DNA from: an uncultured delta proteobacterium | Lineage (GTDB): Bacteria > Myxococcota > B64-G9 | Length of the DNA stretch: 64,000 bases | Direction of reading: 5' to 3' | Assembly (NCBI GenBank): GCA_963754925.1 | Contig: CAVWHX010000004.1 | Span: 480,001-544,000, forward strand | Part shown: positions 39,105 to 48,817 of the stretch, one piece after another | Position numbering within the stretch: the stretch's first letter is position 1 | Layout: the number at the start of each line of letters is the position of its first letter | Made by a program: the position numbers and the translations under genes | Notes under the pieces: generated by a model | Seen by the model: the letters and a program-made list of their open reading frames with translations, nothing else | Database searches by the model: none | What the model was told of the DNA's origin: nothing

Positions 39105-39926
39105 ATGTATAACGAGGAAATCGCTGTGAGCAATCTGACCTCTAGAAGATTTAGTCGGTTATGTGCCGTGGCAGCACTGGTAGGCCTGGCGATCAGCGGA
39201 TGCTTTCCTGACGACCGGGGTGCTGAACCTGCAAGCATGAATTTGCCTCTCACGAATCTCGGCGCGTCTCCCTCGGCTGTCAACCACTGGTTGACATGGT
39301 TGGCCAACCAGGAAAAAAAACTCGCCGAAGAAAAACTCCCCAATTTTGACCTCGGGCCGGTCGGGGCGGATTTCTACCTCGGTATTCATGTTGATAACGC
39401 CTCAGAGTTATTTGGACAAAGTGTCACGTACGATGAAGCCAACAACATGATTAGTGTTGTCGTGTACGTCAATGAGTGTAATGAGTGCGATTTTAGGGTA
39501 ACGATTTTTATCGTTGAGACAACAGTCGGAGCAGCGGCGCCGGTTCGGATGGTTAGTACATTCTCCGGTACGAGTCCAATTATTACGGTTGCTCCCGCGG
39601 CAAGTGCCGATGTCACGATGGATGTCCAGCAACTTCCGACTGGCCAGATTAAGTGCCAGCCGGTGGGCGCCGTAGCCGACGGATACGAGATTGTCGCGAT
39701 CGATGAAAATGAGAACGTAAGTTTTCCGTCGGTTACCAGAATCAGCGGCAGTGCGGATCCAAGCGTTTTGTTGCCAAACATTCCTATAGCTCGTCCAATG
39801 ATTCTTCAAGGGCGCAGAACTGCAGTTGATGAGTTCGTAAATTTATTTGAACAAGATGGAACGCAGATTGAACCATCTATAGATAATCCAAACGAAACTA
39901 AAAGTTATGAATTTGTTATGCCCTGA
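39105..39926 (+). CDS. Lipoprotein of unknown function
   Basis: RR + hydrophobic stretch + ISGC lipobox; beta-rich body. Confidence 0.65.
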   Translation: MYNEEIAVSNLTSRRFSRLCAVAALVGLAISGCFPDDRGAEPASMNLPLTNLGASPSAVNHWLTWLANQEKKLAEEKLPNFDLGPVGADFYLGIHVDNASELFGQSVTYDEANNMISVVVYVNECNECDFRVTIFIVETTVGAAAPVRMVSTFSGTSPIITVAPAASADVTMDVQQLPTGQIKCQPVGAVADGYEIVAIDENENVSFPSVTRISGSADPSVLLPNIPIARPMILQGRRTAVDEFVNLFEQDGTQIEPSIDNPNETKSYEFVMP

Positions 39927-39974
39927 CGACGGATTATATCAACCCACTTTGAGATGCGAATAACTTCTATTCTT

Positions 39975-40955
39975 TTATTTCGGCAGTATTCCACCTGCAC
40001 GCAGGTTTTCTATCAGCCGGTGATGCGCGTCTCCGGTAGGCAGTATCGGCGGCTGGCCGGTGAGGCGTTCCTGCAGCTTGAGATAGACGCGGGCCAGTTT
40101 TACGCGAATCTCGTCGGTAAGTTTTGGGGCCTTACCCGTGCCGGAAAACCCACGGGCAAGCAGCCACTGGCGAATATTCTCCTTGTCGAGCATCTGCTGC
40201 GGTTGGCCGGCCAAGAAGGCTTTTTCGTAGCCCGCAAGCTCCCAGTAGCGGCTTGAATCAGGGGTATGAACTTCGTCTATCAAGGTGAGCCTGTCTCCTT
40301 CAAATCCGAACTCGTACTTCGTATCTACCAAAATCAACTCCTGCTGTCGGGCGCGGTCTTCCCCACGCTGAAAGAGCGCAAATGCCGCGTGCTCCACCTC
40401 AGTCCATTGTTGCTGGCTTACCACTCCCGAAGCGATGAGGTCTGTTGAGCTAACCGGCTGATCGTGCTGTCCAATTTCAGCCTTAGTGGTAGGGGTAAGA
40501 ATCGGCATGGGAAAGCGCTGGTCCTGCTTGAGCCCATCCGGCAGACGCAACCCATAGATCTCGCGGGCGCCCTCCTGGTAGGTTCGCCACAAGCTGCCAG
40601 TGATATACCGGCGCACCACTATCTCAATGGGTAGCGGTTTGAGCTTTTTTACCACCATGGCGCACGGATCCGGTACCGCCAAGACATGGTTGGGCACCAC
40701 GTCGCGCGTCTGCTCGAACCAGTGGGCGGCGATGGTGTTGAGCACCTGACCTTTGCAGGGAATGGTGCCGAGCACGACATCAAAAGCGCTAATACGATCG
40801 GTGGTGATAAGCAGCAGCCGGTCACTAAGGTCGTAGACATCGCGCACTTTTCCTCGGAATGGCGCCGGAAGACCGGGAATTTCGGTTTTCTCTAAGGTGT
40901 GATCGAGGAGAACGTTGAGGGGGTCGTGATTTTTCATACCGAAAGTCGTTAGCAT
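39975..40955 (-). CDS. purC: SAICAR synthetase
   Basis: GKVRDVY, TDRISAFD, TPTTKA, LVDTKYEFG, DEVHTPDSSRYW, DKE. Confidence 0.96.
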   Translation of the reverse strand: MLTTFGMKNHDPLNVLLDHTLEKTEIPGLPAPFRGKVRDVYDLSDRLLLITTDRISAFDVVLGTIPCKGQVLNTIAAHWFEQTRDVVPNHVLAVPDPCAMVVKKLKPLPIEIVVRRYITGSLWRTYQEGAREIYGLRLPDGLKQDQRFPMPILTPTTKAEIGQHDQPVSSTDLIASGVVSQQQWTEVEHAAFALFQRGEDRARQQELILVDTKYEFGFEGDRLTLIDEVHTPDSSRYWELAGYEKAFLAGQPQQMLDKENIRQWLLARGFSGTGKAPKLTDEIRVKLARVYLKLQERLTGQPPILPTGDAHHRLIENLRAGGILPK

Positions 40956-41164
40956 GGGATATAAGTCAAGGTCAACCCAAATTCTGGGGATCTTACTTTT
41001 TCGCCTACGATTTCGTATAATTAGCTTGTAGGGCTCGCCATGCGCGGGTGATTATACCATCGCCCGCAGATCGCATCCTCATATCAAAATTAGTGCTTGC
41101 GGAAACCAAGGATGCAGGCGAATTTCTTCAGATGGCCCTCTTGGAGAAGTTGCGTACGAAGCTC

Positions 41165-43678
41165 ATGAACAACGGAAGGGTAGCCGTAGCCCTACCGATG
41201 CGCCGGCCGCTGATAGCGTTGGCGATCGGCTTCGCTGCCGGCATCCTGCTGCAGCATCTCGCACACCCGAACACCAATGCGGCTTGGATCATCTGCGGGA
41301 GCTCGGCGCTCGCGGCTTCGGTATTGGCCGTCCTGCGATTGGGTGGCGAGTTGCGGTTCTTCCTATGGCTGATCTCTTTCTGCGCCTTAGGCTGCGCGCG
41401 AGGAGACACGCAGCCGAGCCGCACGCAGCCCCGACCGTCGCCGTCCCCGCCCCCGTCCGGCCGCGTGGTCGTGGATGCTACGGCACGCTCGGCGTGGCGC
41501 GTCACGCCGGACTCGGCCCAATTGGATGTCGAGCTGCTGTCGCTACGTACGCTCGGCGAAGACGAGGAGCCGGCCCACGGCCGAGCGCGCCTGACGGTCT
41601 GGCGAGAACCCCTCGATCGGCCAAGCGTAGCGCAGACACAACCCTGGCCGTGTGCGCCGAGCTTGCCCGGGGACAGGCTGCGGTTGCTTGCTACGCTGCA
41701 CCTGCCGCGGAGTTTGCACAATCCCGGCGTGCCCGACAGCACGCAATACTCGTCATTGGATGAAATCGATCTCGTCGGCACCATCGAGTCCTGCGCAGAC
41801 GTGCTGCCAATCGCTGACAAGCCGCCCGCATCGTTACAGCGCGCAATCGAATCCTGGCGTCTATCAATTGCCGATTTCTTGCACCGCCGCGATGGCGATC
41901 CCGGCGCGATTGCAATCCTGCTCTCCCAAACGAACGGCGATCAGGGCGCGATCCCCAAACCGTTGTACGAGCGTTTTCAGACGTCGGGTCTTGCCCACAT
42001 TTTGTCGATATCGGGGTTGCATATCGGCATTGTGGCCGGAGGCCTCTACTGGCTGCTCGTCCGCCTCCTGTTGCTTTCGAGCTGGCTTACGCTCCGCTGC
42101 GACGTGCGCCGGGCGGCGGCATCCCTGGCGATCCCGATAACGATCCTTTACACATTGCTGGTCGGCGCCCAGGTGCCGGCGGTGCGCTCGTGTATGATGG
42201 TGCTGTGTTTTCTGCTCGCGGTGATCATCCGCCGCAACTCTGATCCGCTGCAGACCTTGGCCGCTGCGGCCGTTATGATTCTGGGGGTTTTCCCGCAATC
42301 GCTGTTTTCGATTTCTTTTCAACTGAGCTTTGTAGCGGTGTTCTCGATGCTCCTGGGCGTTCCGGCCCTCCAGCGCCTGGTGCGGGTGCCGACGGAACGC
42401 GCCTTGAGGGAACGCTCGTGGCGGCGCCGCCTGCCAGTGCGGGCGCTGCAATACCTGCTGGTGTCATTGGCCGCAACCCTCGGCACGGCGCCGCTCGTGG
42501 CCTGGCATTTCAATCAGATAAGCCTCATAGGACCAATGGCGAACTTGCTGGCAGTGCCGCTCTCAACCATGCTGATAGTTCCGGCCGGGCTACTGTGTGT
42601 GGTTCTGCTGCCCTTGAGCCAAACCGTGGCCGGCTGGGTTGCAGACGGTGGCGTGGTTTTGAGTGGCTGGTTGGCGAGATTGGCAGAGTGGTTCGGGGGT
42701 TTGCCGGTTGCTTCAATACACGTACCGACGCCGCACCTCCTGACCTTGGGACTCTGCTATGCCGTGATGATTCTCGCGCTCATGATTGGTCGCTTACGCC
42801 ACGCAGGCAAAGCGGTGCTGGCGGGCGCTGTTGCGTTAACCGTGACGGTCGGCTGGGGCTACCTCGAACCACGACTCTCACAGGAGTTGCGGGCGACGTT
42901 CATCGATGTCGGCCAGGGAGACTCAACATTGATCCGCTGCCCTGGCGGAGAAAGCTGGCTTATAGACGGCGGCCCCAAAAACGATCGCTTTGACGCCGGC
43001 CGCCAAGTGGTGGCGCGGGTGTTATGGAGCCAGGGGATCGCCCGTTTACAGGGTGTCATCGCAAGTCACGTTCACCCCGATCACATTGGCGGTCTTGCCT
43101 CGGTCATCGTGCTTTTTCAACCCAAAGAAATCTGGCTGCCCGAGGATTGGCGCGATAACCCGGCGGCCGCCGAGCTTACTGCGGCTGCCCGCCAGGTCGG
43201 CGCGAACATTAAGATTGTTAAAGCCGGCGATAGTCCACCGTCAGGGCGAGCGTGTGGTTTTGACGTGCTCTGGCCACCTGAAGATACGGCCAGATTCGAA
43301 GAAAATGATCGCTCGTTGGTCTTACGCGCGAGATACGGCCGACGAGCATTCCTCCTGGTTGGCGATCTGCAAGCAGAAGGCGAGCAGGGATTGCTGAAAC
43401 GTCAGATGTCGCTGCGTGCGGCTTGGCTGAGAGCTGACGTTCTCAAGGCCGGCCATCATGGCAGCAGCGGCGCCGGCAGCACGAAGTTTTTGGATGCGGT
43501 GAAGCCTCGTTGGGTTGTGATCTCGGTAGGCGCAGGCAATGTGTATCGCCTGCCCCACCCGCAAGCGCTTAAGCGTTTTGCCGCGACCAACGCCGTAATC
43601 GTACGCACCGATACACACGGCGCCGTCACCTGTCGCACGGACGGCGAAAACCTCAGCTGCGAATCGGTTCTGCCGTAG
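41165..43678 (+). CDS. comEC: DNA uptake channel ComEC/Rec2
   Basis: GLAHILSISGLH, SFQLSF, DVGQGD, SHVHPDHIGG, GHHGS, RTD; start uncertain. Confidence 0.93.
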   Translation: MNNGRVAVALPMRRPLIALAIGFAAGILLQHLAHPNTNAAWIICGSSALAASVLAVLRLGGELRFFLWLISFCALGCARGDTQPSRTQPRPSPSPPPSGRVVVDATARSAWRVTPDSAQLDVELLSLRTLGEDEEPAHGRARLTVWREPLDRPSVAQTQPWPCAPSLPGDRLRLLATLHLPRSLHNPGVPDSTQYSSLDEIDLVGTIESCADVLPIADKPPASLQRAIESWRLSIADFLHRRDGDPGAIAILLSQTNGDQGAIPKPLYERFQTSGLAHILSISGLHIGIVAGGLYWLLVRLLLLSSWLTLRCDVRRAAASLAIPITILYTLLVGAQVPAVRSCMMVLCFLLAVIIRRNSDPLQTLAAAAVMILGVFPQSLFSISFQLSFVAVFSMLLGVPALQRLVRVPTERALRERSWRRRLPVRALQYLLVSLAATLGTAPLVAWHFNQISLIGPMANLLAVPLSTMLIVPAGLLCVVLLPLSQTVAGWVADGGVVLSGWLARLAEWFGGLPVASIHVPTPHLLTLGLCYAVMILALMIGRLRHAGKAVLAGAVALTVTVGWGYLEPRLSQELRATFIDVGQGDSTLIRCPGGESWLIDGGPKNDRFDAGRQVVARVLWSQGIARLQGVIASHVHPDHIGGLASVIVLFQPKEIWLPEDWRDNPAAAELTAAARQVGANIKIVKAGDSPPSGRACGFDVLWPPEDTARFEENDRSLVLRARYGRRAFLLVGDLQAEGEQGLLKRQMSLRAAWLRADVLKAGHHGSSGAGSTKFLDAVKPRWVVISVGAGNVYRLPHPQALKRFAATNAVIVRTDTHGAVTCRTDGENLSCESVLP

Positions 43679-43783
43679 GATTGGCCCTGATCAGCGTTCA
43701 ATTCAGCTACCTTGATGCGTTTATCATACCTGCGTGCGAGCCTCGCGGTTTTCTCGATGAAATAGCTAGTTATAGTTTTCTCC

Positions 43784-43815
43784 TTGACAATTATGAACAT
43801 ATGTCCATAATTGTC
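43784..43815 (+). promoter_or_regulatory. Sigma70 promoter embedded in a 30-bp palindromic operator
   Basis: TTGACA-16bp-CATAAT; GACAATTATGAACAT|ATGTCCATAATTGTC has one mismatched pair. Confidence 0.8.
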
Positions 43816-43832
43816 TTAGGAGGTGCCCTGAA

Positions 43833-44165
43833 GTGCCTAGACCATTTTGCTGCCGACGCGTTACCGGACGACCAGCAGCTCAGATCTTCAAGCCGATTGG
43901 GATCCCGGTGCGCGATCTCGAAGAAGTAGTGATGGCCCTGGACGAGTTCGAGGCTATGCGACTCGCGGACCTCGATGGGCTCTACCAGGAACAAGCGGCT
44001 CTGCGTATGAACATCTCCCGACCGACATTCAGCCGGATCATCGAATCAGCACACCGGAAGATGTCAGATGCGCTGGTGCATGGAAAAGCGCTTCGAATCG
44101 AGGGCGGCCCCGTGCGGATGGAGGGGCGTCGCTGCTGTCGATTGCATGATGCCGAGAGCACCTAG
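43833..44165 (+). CDS. DUF134 family HTH protein
   Basis: PRP..CRR, FKP, DEFEAMRLAD, QEQAA..MNISRPTF, ALVHGKALRIEGG. Confidence 0.88.
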   Translation: MPRPFCCRRVTGRPAAQIFKPIGIPVRDLEEVVMALDEFEAMRLADLDGLYQEQAALRMNISRPTFSRIIESAHRKMSDALVHGKALRIEGGPVRMEGRRCCRLHDAEST

Positions 44166-44230
44166 TGGAACTCATAGCCTATAGCGGGCTAATACGACCA
44201 ACACTTTTTTCAAAAGGAGAAGATTTAGTC

Positions 44231-44596
44231 ATGAACATCTGTATTCCAGTCGATGAGGATAAAGGGCTTCAAAGCCCGGTTTGCGCCCACTTTGGATCGG
44301 CGCCGGCCTTTATGATCGTGGACACCGATAGCGGAAGCTGCCGGGCGATTCCGAATCAAAACCAGCACCACGGCCACGGCCAGTGCATGCCGCTCGCCTC
44401 GATTCGCGGCGAGCCCATCGACGGCATGGTCGTCGGTGGTATCGGCATGGGCGCCCTCAATAAACTCAGAGCCGCCGGTATCCAGGTCTATGTTTCAAGC
44501 CACGCGACGGTCGCGCAGACCGTTGATGCGTTCAAGGCAGGGGCCTTGAAGTTGATGCTGCCGAACATGGCTTGTGCGGGCCACGGCCATCCGTAA
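44231..44596 (+). CDS. NifB/NifX-family (FeMo-co binding fold) protein
   Basis: HFGSAPAF, HHGHGQC, GGIGMGA, terminal CAGHGH; AAGGAG RBS. Confidence 0.85.
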   Translation: MNICIPVDEDKGLQSPVCAHFGSAPAFMIVDTDSGSCRAIPNQNQHHGHGQCMPLASIRGEPIDGMVVGGIGMGALNKLRAAGIQVYVSSHATVAQTVDAFKAGALKLMLPNMACAGHGHP

Positions 44597-44622
44597 TACG
44601 GCCCCAAAGATCAGGAATTACT

Positions 44623-44929
44623 ATGAGCCGGGACCGATCTTTCGAGTTGCTCTCAAACGGTAGCTTGGCGCTGATCCTTCCGAGAGGCGTGTATTCAAAC
44701 AACCGCGCGCCAGGCTCACCGGGAGATCGTCGAGAAACTGCTTGCCGAGTCGTCACCGGACAAGGCGCTTACGGTGTTTGTCGATCTTCTGGAGCGCTTT
44801 CTCGTTTCGACGGATTTTGCGCGCCTGCGCACCGAGCACCCGGAGCTTGCCGGAGGAACTCCCTGCCGCGTGCGGCTTTTGAATGGCGAAGACGGGTCTG
44901 TCTGCTGGGAAGTGGTTCGATCGGCATGA
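44623..44929 (+). CDS. Hypothetical protein, frameshifted near 44683
   Basis: MSRDRSFELL... joins EACIQTTARQAHRE...DFARLRTEHPELAGG...VRSA* in the +1 frame; stop overlaps the next ATG (ATGA). Confidence 0.5.
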
Positions 44930-45237
44930 AGAAACTCAATACAGAAATTTCCGTGCATCGACCGGCGATTGACACGACTATGTGCACCAACTGCAAGTCC
45001 TGCATAGTGTGTTGTCCCACCAAGGCGATTCAGGAACCCCTGAACTATTCCTGCGCAAAGTGTATCAAGTACTGCATGACTCTGGACGTGCCGTGCAGAC
45101 CGGCGGGTGTCATCATCCGCTACGAGCTCTGCGATGGGTGTGGCCTTTGCATTTTGTCCTGCCCGAATGATGCAATCCACTGGTGCGAAACAAACCTAGA
45201 TGCCGAATGCAGCGCGCTTATGCAAGGAACCGGATGA
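44926..45237 (+). CDS. 2x[4Fe-4S] ferredoxin-like protein
   Basis: CTNCKSCIVCCP, extra CAKCIKYC, CDGCGLCILSCP. Confidence 0.82.
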   Translation: MKKLNTEISVHRPAIDTTMCTNCKSCIVCCPTKAIQEPLNYSCAKCIKYCMTLDVPCRPAGVIIRYELCDGCGLCILSCPNDAIHWCETNLDAECSALMQGTG

Positions 45238-45438
45238 CCGAGCCTCGCTTGTGACGTGTTTATTGACCTCTGTGGGCATTGAAAGGAGAACCGTGCAAGA
45301 AAATCACCGTTCTAACCGAAAACTCGCCTGGCCCGAAGAAATCGAAAACCGAGCTTGGGTCGAGGCTGAATGCTCTTCACACCGGTATGCGGTTCGAGGT
45401 GTGAGGGATAGCTTTTATGGTTCGTCTGCCGCCCGTTT

Positions 45439-46320
45439 TCACGGTGCCTTGCGAAACACGAGAAAGGTTTGGTAGGGGAGGAGCATCGGATGTTCGGATT
45501 CGAGGCTAAGCCCCGCCTTTGCAGCTAGTTCCACCATCTGCGCGCGGCTGATCTTCACGGACTCGGGTGGCCCCTCGGGCAGGTTGCCTTCCTTGAACTC
45601 AATCAGCACGAGCCGTGCGCCGGGCTTCATCTGCACGGCAATCTTGGCTAGCCAAGCCGCCCGATCCGGGACGTGGTGCAGTACATCACAGACGAACACC
45701 AGATCAGCCTCGGTGGGAATTTTTGGATCATCCGGCCGGACGAGTTCCGCCTGAACGTTTCGGAATCGCTCGGTCATGGCCTTGTGATGGATGTGGCGGA
45801 TCATCTCGGCCTCGGTGTCAACCGCGATGACTTTTCCTTGAGGCAAAGCGCGTGCCAGCCGGAATGTGAAATAACCCGAGCCGGCGCCCAGATCGACGAC
45901 GGTCTCGGCGCCACCGAGTTGCAGGACCGCGACAACTTCGTCGGGCTTCTGCCAGGCAGTGCGGTCGGTCCGCTCGAGAAAGGCGATGTACTGCTCGACA
46001 TCCTCGAAAGGCCGCAGGTGCGCCGGATCGATGCCCTGCTTGCGCAGCGGGCAATCTATCGGTGGATGCGCGGGGTCGTGCGCCTGGCCGGAAGCTGCCT
46101 GGAGTCCGTTTGAGCCGGCATTCTCAGCAATGCGCTGAGTGGTGACCGATGCCGTTGGAAACGCGGCGCGGGTACTAATGCTGGAAGTGGTGCTGCCGTT
46201 ATCCCTACTCGGGCATCCGCCCACAAGGATGCCGACTGCTAGCGTGATAACCGGCAAAAACCGCAGGCGCTGAGCGTCAACAGGACGTTTCGATGACTCG
46301 TTAAGATTCATAATAATCAC
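45439..46320 (-). CDS. Class I SAM-dependent methyltransferase with lipoprotein signal
   Basis: VGGC lipobox; WQKPDEV, VVDLGAGSGYF, DVLHH, KPGARL. Confidence 0.85.
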   Translation of the reverse strand: MIIMNLNESSKRPVDAQRLRFLPVITLAVGILVGGCPSRDNGSTTSSISTRAAFPTASVTTQRIAENAGSNGLQAASGQAHDPAHPPIDCPLRKQGIDPAHLRPFEDVEQYIAFLERTDRTAWQKPDEVVAVLQLGGAETVVDLGAGSGYFTFRLARALPQGKVIAVDTEAEMIRHIHHKAMTERFRNVQAELVRPDDPKIPTEADLVFVCDVLHHVPDRAAWLAKIAVQMKPGARLVLIEFKEGNLPEGPPESVKISRAQMVELAAKAGLSLESEHPMLLPYQTFLVFRKAP

Positions 46321-46413
46321 TTATTATAAGGTAGTTGAAGACACAACTGTCTGCAGAGCCGAACAGTGGTATCATCTCGCCACCAGCTTCATGGCATACG
46401 TGATTTACGCCGC

Positions 46414-47046
46414 TTACCCGCACGAGCCTGCCTTGCGCTTCTGCGGGCCCTCGATCTTAATCTTGCGGGTGAAGGTGCGACCCTCGATAGCCTTCAGGCC
46501 CGGTTCGCTCTCCGGGTGACGGCCACCCAGGGCGGCATCGAAAGCGTAGCGGCGGCAGTCGTCGGCGGGGCAGTCGGCGCGCATGGGCCTAAGCAACCCG
46601 GGCCGGCCGAAGGCCGCAAGCCACCCATGGATCCCGCCGGCCAGGAGGTAGACCCGTGGCGCGCGCGCCGCGGTCAAAAGCAGCCAGCCCTCGGCCGCTC
46701 GGCCCTCGCCGTTGGAGATGAGCACGACGATGGTCTCGGGTGGTAGGTTCATCGCGAAGCGCCGGTCGCGTAGCTGCTCCAAAGTTATCCGCTCGGCATC
46801 CACCAGGTGAAACAAATTGTACTCGTTTTCGTCGCGCAGATCGAGCAGGCGCAGGTGCGCGCTTGGGTTGTAGTTCAGCTCAAGCAACTCGGCCGGATCG
46901 ATACGCACCACGCCGGTTGCAAGCTGCTGCTCGAGTTCCGTGCGTTTCTTACTAAGCCGCTCTTTGGGGCTGGGACTGCCGAGCAGCCACAGCGCACCTG
47001 CGGCCAGCACGGCCAGTGCGGCTGCGATGCGCTTTCCGGTCAGCAT
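46414..47046 (-). CDS. Membrane-anchored rhodanese-like protein
   Basis: N-terminal TM; LLDLR..EYNLFHL, LAGGIHGW; terminal GSCG; may be fused to the upstream YeeE gene. Confidence 0.8.
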   Translation of the reverse strand: MLTGKRIAAALAVLAAGALWLLGSPSPKERLSKKRTELEQQLATGVVRIDPAELLELNYNPSAHLRLLDLRDENEYNLFHLVDAERITLEQLRDRRFAMNLPPETIVVLISNGEGRAAEGWLLLTAARAPRVYLLAGGIHGWLAAFGRPGLLRPMRADCPADDCRRYAFDAALGGRHPESEPGLKAIEGRTFTRKIKIEGPQKRKAGSCG

Positions 47047-47642
47047 GGTGTGCCTCGATCGCGAGTGGCAAAATAGGCTTCCACGCGCTCGGCAAGCCAA
47101 AACATGCTCAAAGCCATCACCACGACCATGAAGACTACCAACCCCGGGTTGAGCCCAAGGAACTGCGGCAGGGTAACCTCGCCGTAGTCGCCGGAGCTAT
47201 CGAAGAAGGCTTGAAAGCTGCCAACCGTTTCGCCGAACACGGTCGCCCCGACCAGTAAGCCCACGACGAAGAATAGTCCGTCGAGTTTGAGGGTGGCCAT
47301 GGACACGAGGGCGGTGCCGGGGCAATAGCCGCCGATGACAAAGCCCGCCCCAAAGATGAGACCACCGACAATTCCCGGCCACAGGTGCGTGGGGTTGATG
47401 TACAGCGCCCCGGGACGCAGCCAGCCCAGGGAGTCGGCGGCGAAGATCAACAGCATGGCGGTGATGATAGCGGTGAACATGACCTTGAGCACCCGCATGT
47501 CACGCAGGTAAAATTGCGCAGCCAGGTTGCGGGAGTTACCGAAACCCGCCTGCTCGAGCATGAAGCCGAAGAAAAAACCTGTCAGTACATACAGCGCATT
47601 GATCCCGTAGTGGCCCAGGATATCTAAATTCAGCGGAAACAT
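47040..47642 (-). CDS. YeeE/YedE sulfur-compound transporter subunit
   Basis: GFFFGFMLEQAGF, DMRVLKVMF, GGYCPGT. Confidence 0.88.
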   Translation of the reverse strand: MFPLNLDILGHYGINALYVLTGFFFGFMLEQAGFGNSRNLAAQFYLRDMRVLKVMFTAIITAMLLIFAADSLGWLRPGALYINPTHLWPGIVGGLIFGAGFVIGGYCPGTALVSMATLKLDGLFFVVGLLVGATVFGETVGSFQAFFDSSGDYGEVTLPQFLGLNPGLVVFMVVVMALSMFWLAERVEAYFATRDRGTPC

Positions 47643-47654
47643 AGCGATTCCTCC

Positions 47655-48173
47655 TTAGGTCCACTGCCGGCGAACGAAGTAGGCAAACGCATAGGCGCCG
47701 GCGAACACAGCAAACATAAACGCCCAGGAGCCGGCAGAAAGCACCGCGCCTCCCGACAGCGCCTGGCTGGAGGTACAGCCGCGGGCCAGACGCACACCGA
47801 AGCCCGCGATGGCGCCACCCAGCAACGCGTAGGCCCAGCGTGCCCGGGGTCCGATGTGCGGCCCATGGTAGGTTTCTATCCGCACCCGCCCGGCCAGCAG
47901 GCCGGAGGCTAGGCCACCCAGCAGCACGCCCAGGATCTCGAACACCAGCCAGGTGTCGAGAGGGTTTTCCTGGGTTTTGATCAGATTTACGAGATAGGCG
48001 CTATTCTCGGCATGTTCAGGAAGCAAGGCCGCCTCGGTCGCGCCGGCAACCACTCCCACCCCGCCGGATGCGCCGAGGCCGTGGCCGAAGACCATAAACG
48101 AACCGAACAGCACCACCCCGAGCAGCACGCCAGCCAGATAGGGATTCAGGTAAGCCCAACTCTTGCGTTTCAT
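47655..48173 (-). CDS. YeeE/YedE sulfur-compound transporter subunit
   Basis: NPYLAGVLLG, GLGASG, RLARGCTS. Confidence 0.88.
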   Translation of the reverse strand: MKRKSWAYLNPYLAGVLLGVVLFGSFMVFGHGLGASGGVGVVAGATEAALLPEHAENSAYLVNLIKTQENPLDTWLVFEILGVLLGGLASGLLAGRVRIETYHGPHIGPRARWAYALLGGAIAGFGVRLARGCTSSQALSGGAVLSAGSWAFMFAVFAGAYAFAYFVRRQWT

Positions 48174-48817
48174 GACTGCTGGTCCTCCTTCCGGCATTCG
48201 TAGCGACTGACACCAGTGAGCATTGTCTTTATATTCGCCCATATGGTGGCGCCCGTGGTGGTCATGTAAATGTGCAGAATCAAAAAAGCGGCAAACAGCC
48301 ACGCTCCGAAACGATGCAGCGGGGCGATCGCTGCAAGCCCACCAAACCAGCCGAGCACCTCCGGAAAACGGTCTACCTCCAACATAAGCAACCCGGTCAC
48401 CACCATAAATGGCAGCAGTAGGTTGAGAATCATAAAGTAGGTAATCTTTTGCAGCGGTAACAGCCGCTTTTCAGGCGTGCGGTCGAAGGGATGCGGATCG
48501 CCCCGGAAGATGCCAAACAAATAGTACTTGGCGTGGCGCACCCCGAGAGGGAAAAAATCTCCGGCGCTGGGAATATAGCGCCGCAGTAGTCCGCTGGCGA
48601 GATTGTAAAACAAGGCCAGGCCGGCGTTGAGCAGCAACACCCAGGCTGCGATGTTATGCACCGCGACTGATTCGCGAAAGGTTTCGGGCACAAAACCTGG
48701 AGGGAAGGCTATCAGAAACCCGGTCAAAATGAGCACGACGGTCGTCAGCGCTTGAACCCAATGCCAGAGCCGTTCGTAACGGGTGTACATCACCGCTTCT
48801 GCAGCAGGGGTGCTCAT
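48170..48817 (-). CDS. Cytochrome b subunit (PhsC / Ni-Fe hydrogenase b-type)
   Basis: ERLWHW, VHN, PLQKITY, LHR, LHIYM; 4 TM with heme-ligand His. Confidence 0.88.
   Translation of the reverse strand: MSTPAAEAVMYTRYERLWHWVQALTTVVLILTGFLIAFPPGFVPETFRESVAVHNIAAWVLLLNAGLALFYNLASGLLRRYIPSAGDFFPLGVRHAKYYLFGIFRGDPHPFDRTPEKRLLPLQKITYFMILNLLLPFMVVTGLLMLEVDRFPEVLGWFGGLAAIAPLHRFGAWLFAAFLILHIYMTTTGATIWANIKTMLTGVSRYECRKEDQQS

Noticed and set aside
44572..45237. Single 221-aa ferredoxin fusion ORF
   Set aside because: Better explained as a frameshifted hypothetical gene plus a ferredoxin starting at 44926 with an ATGA overlap
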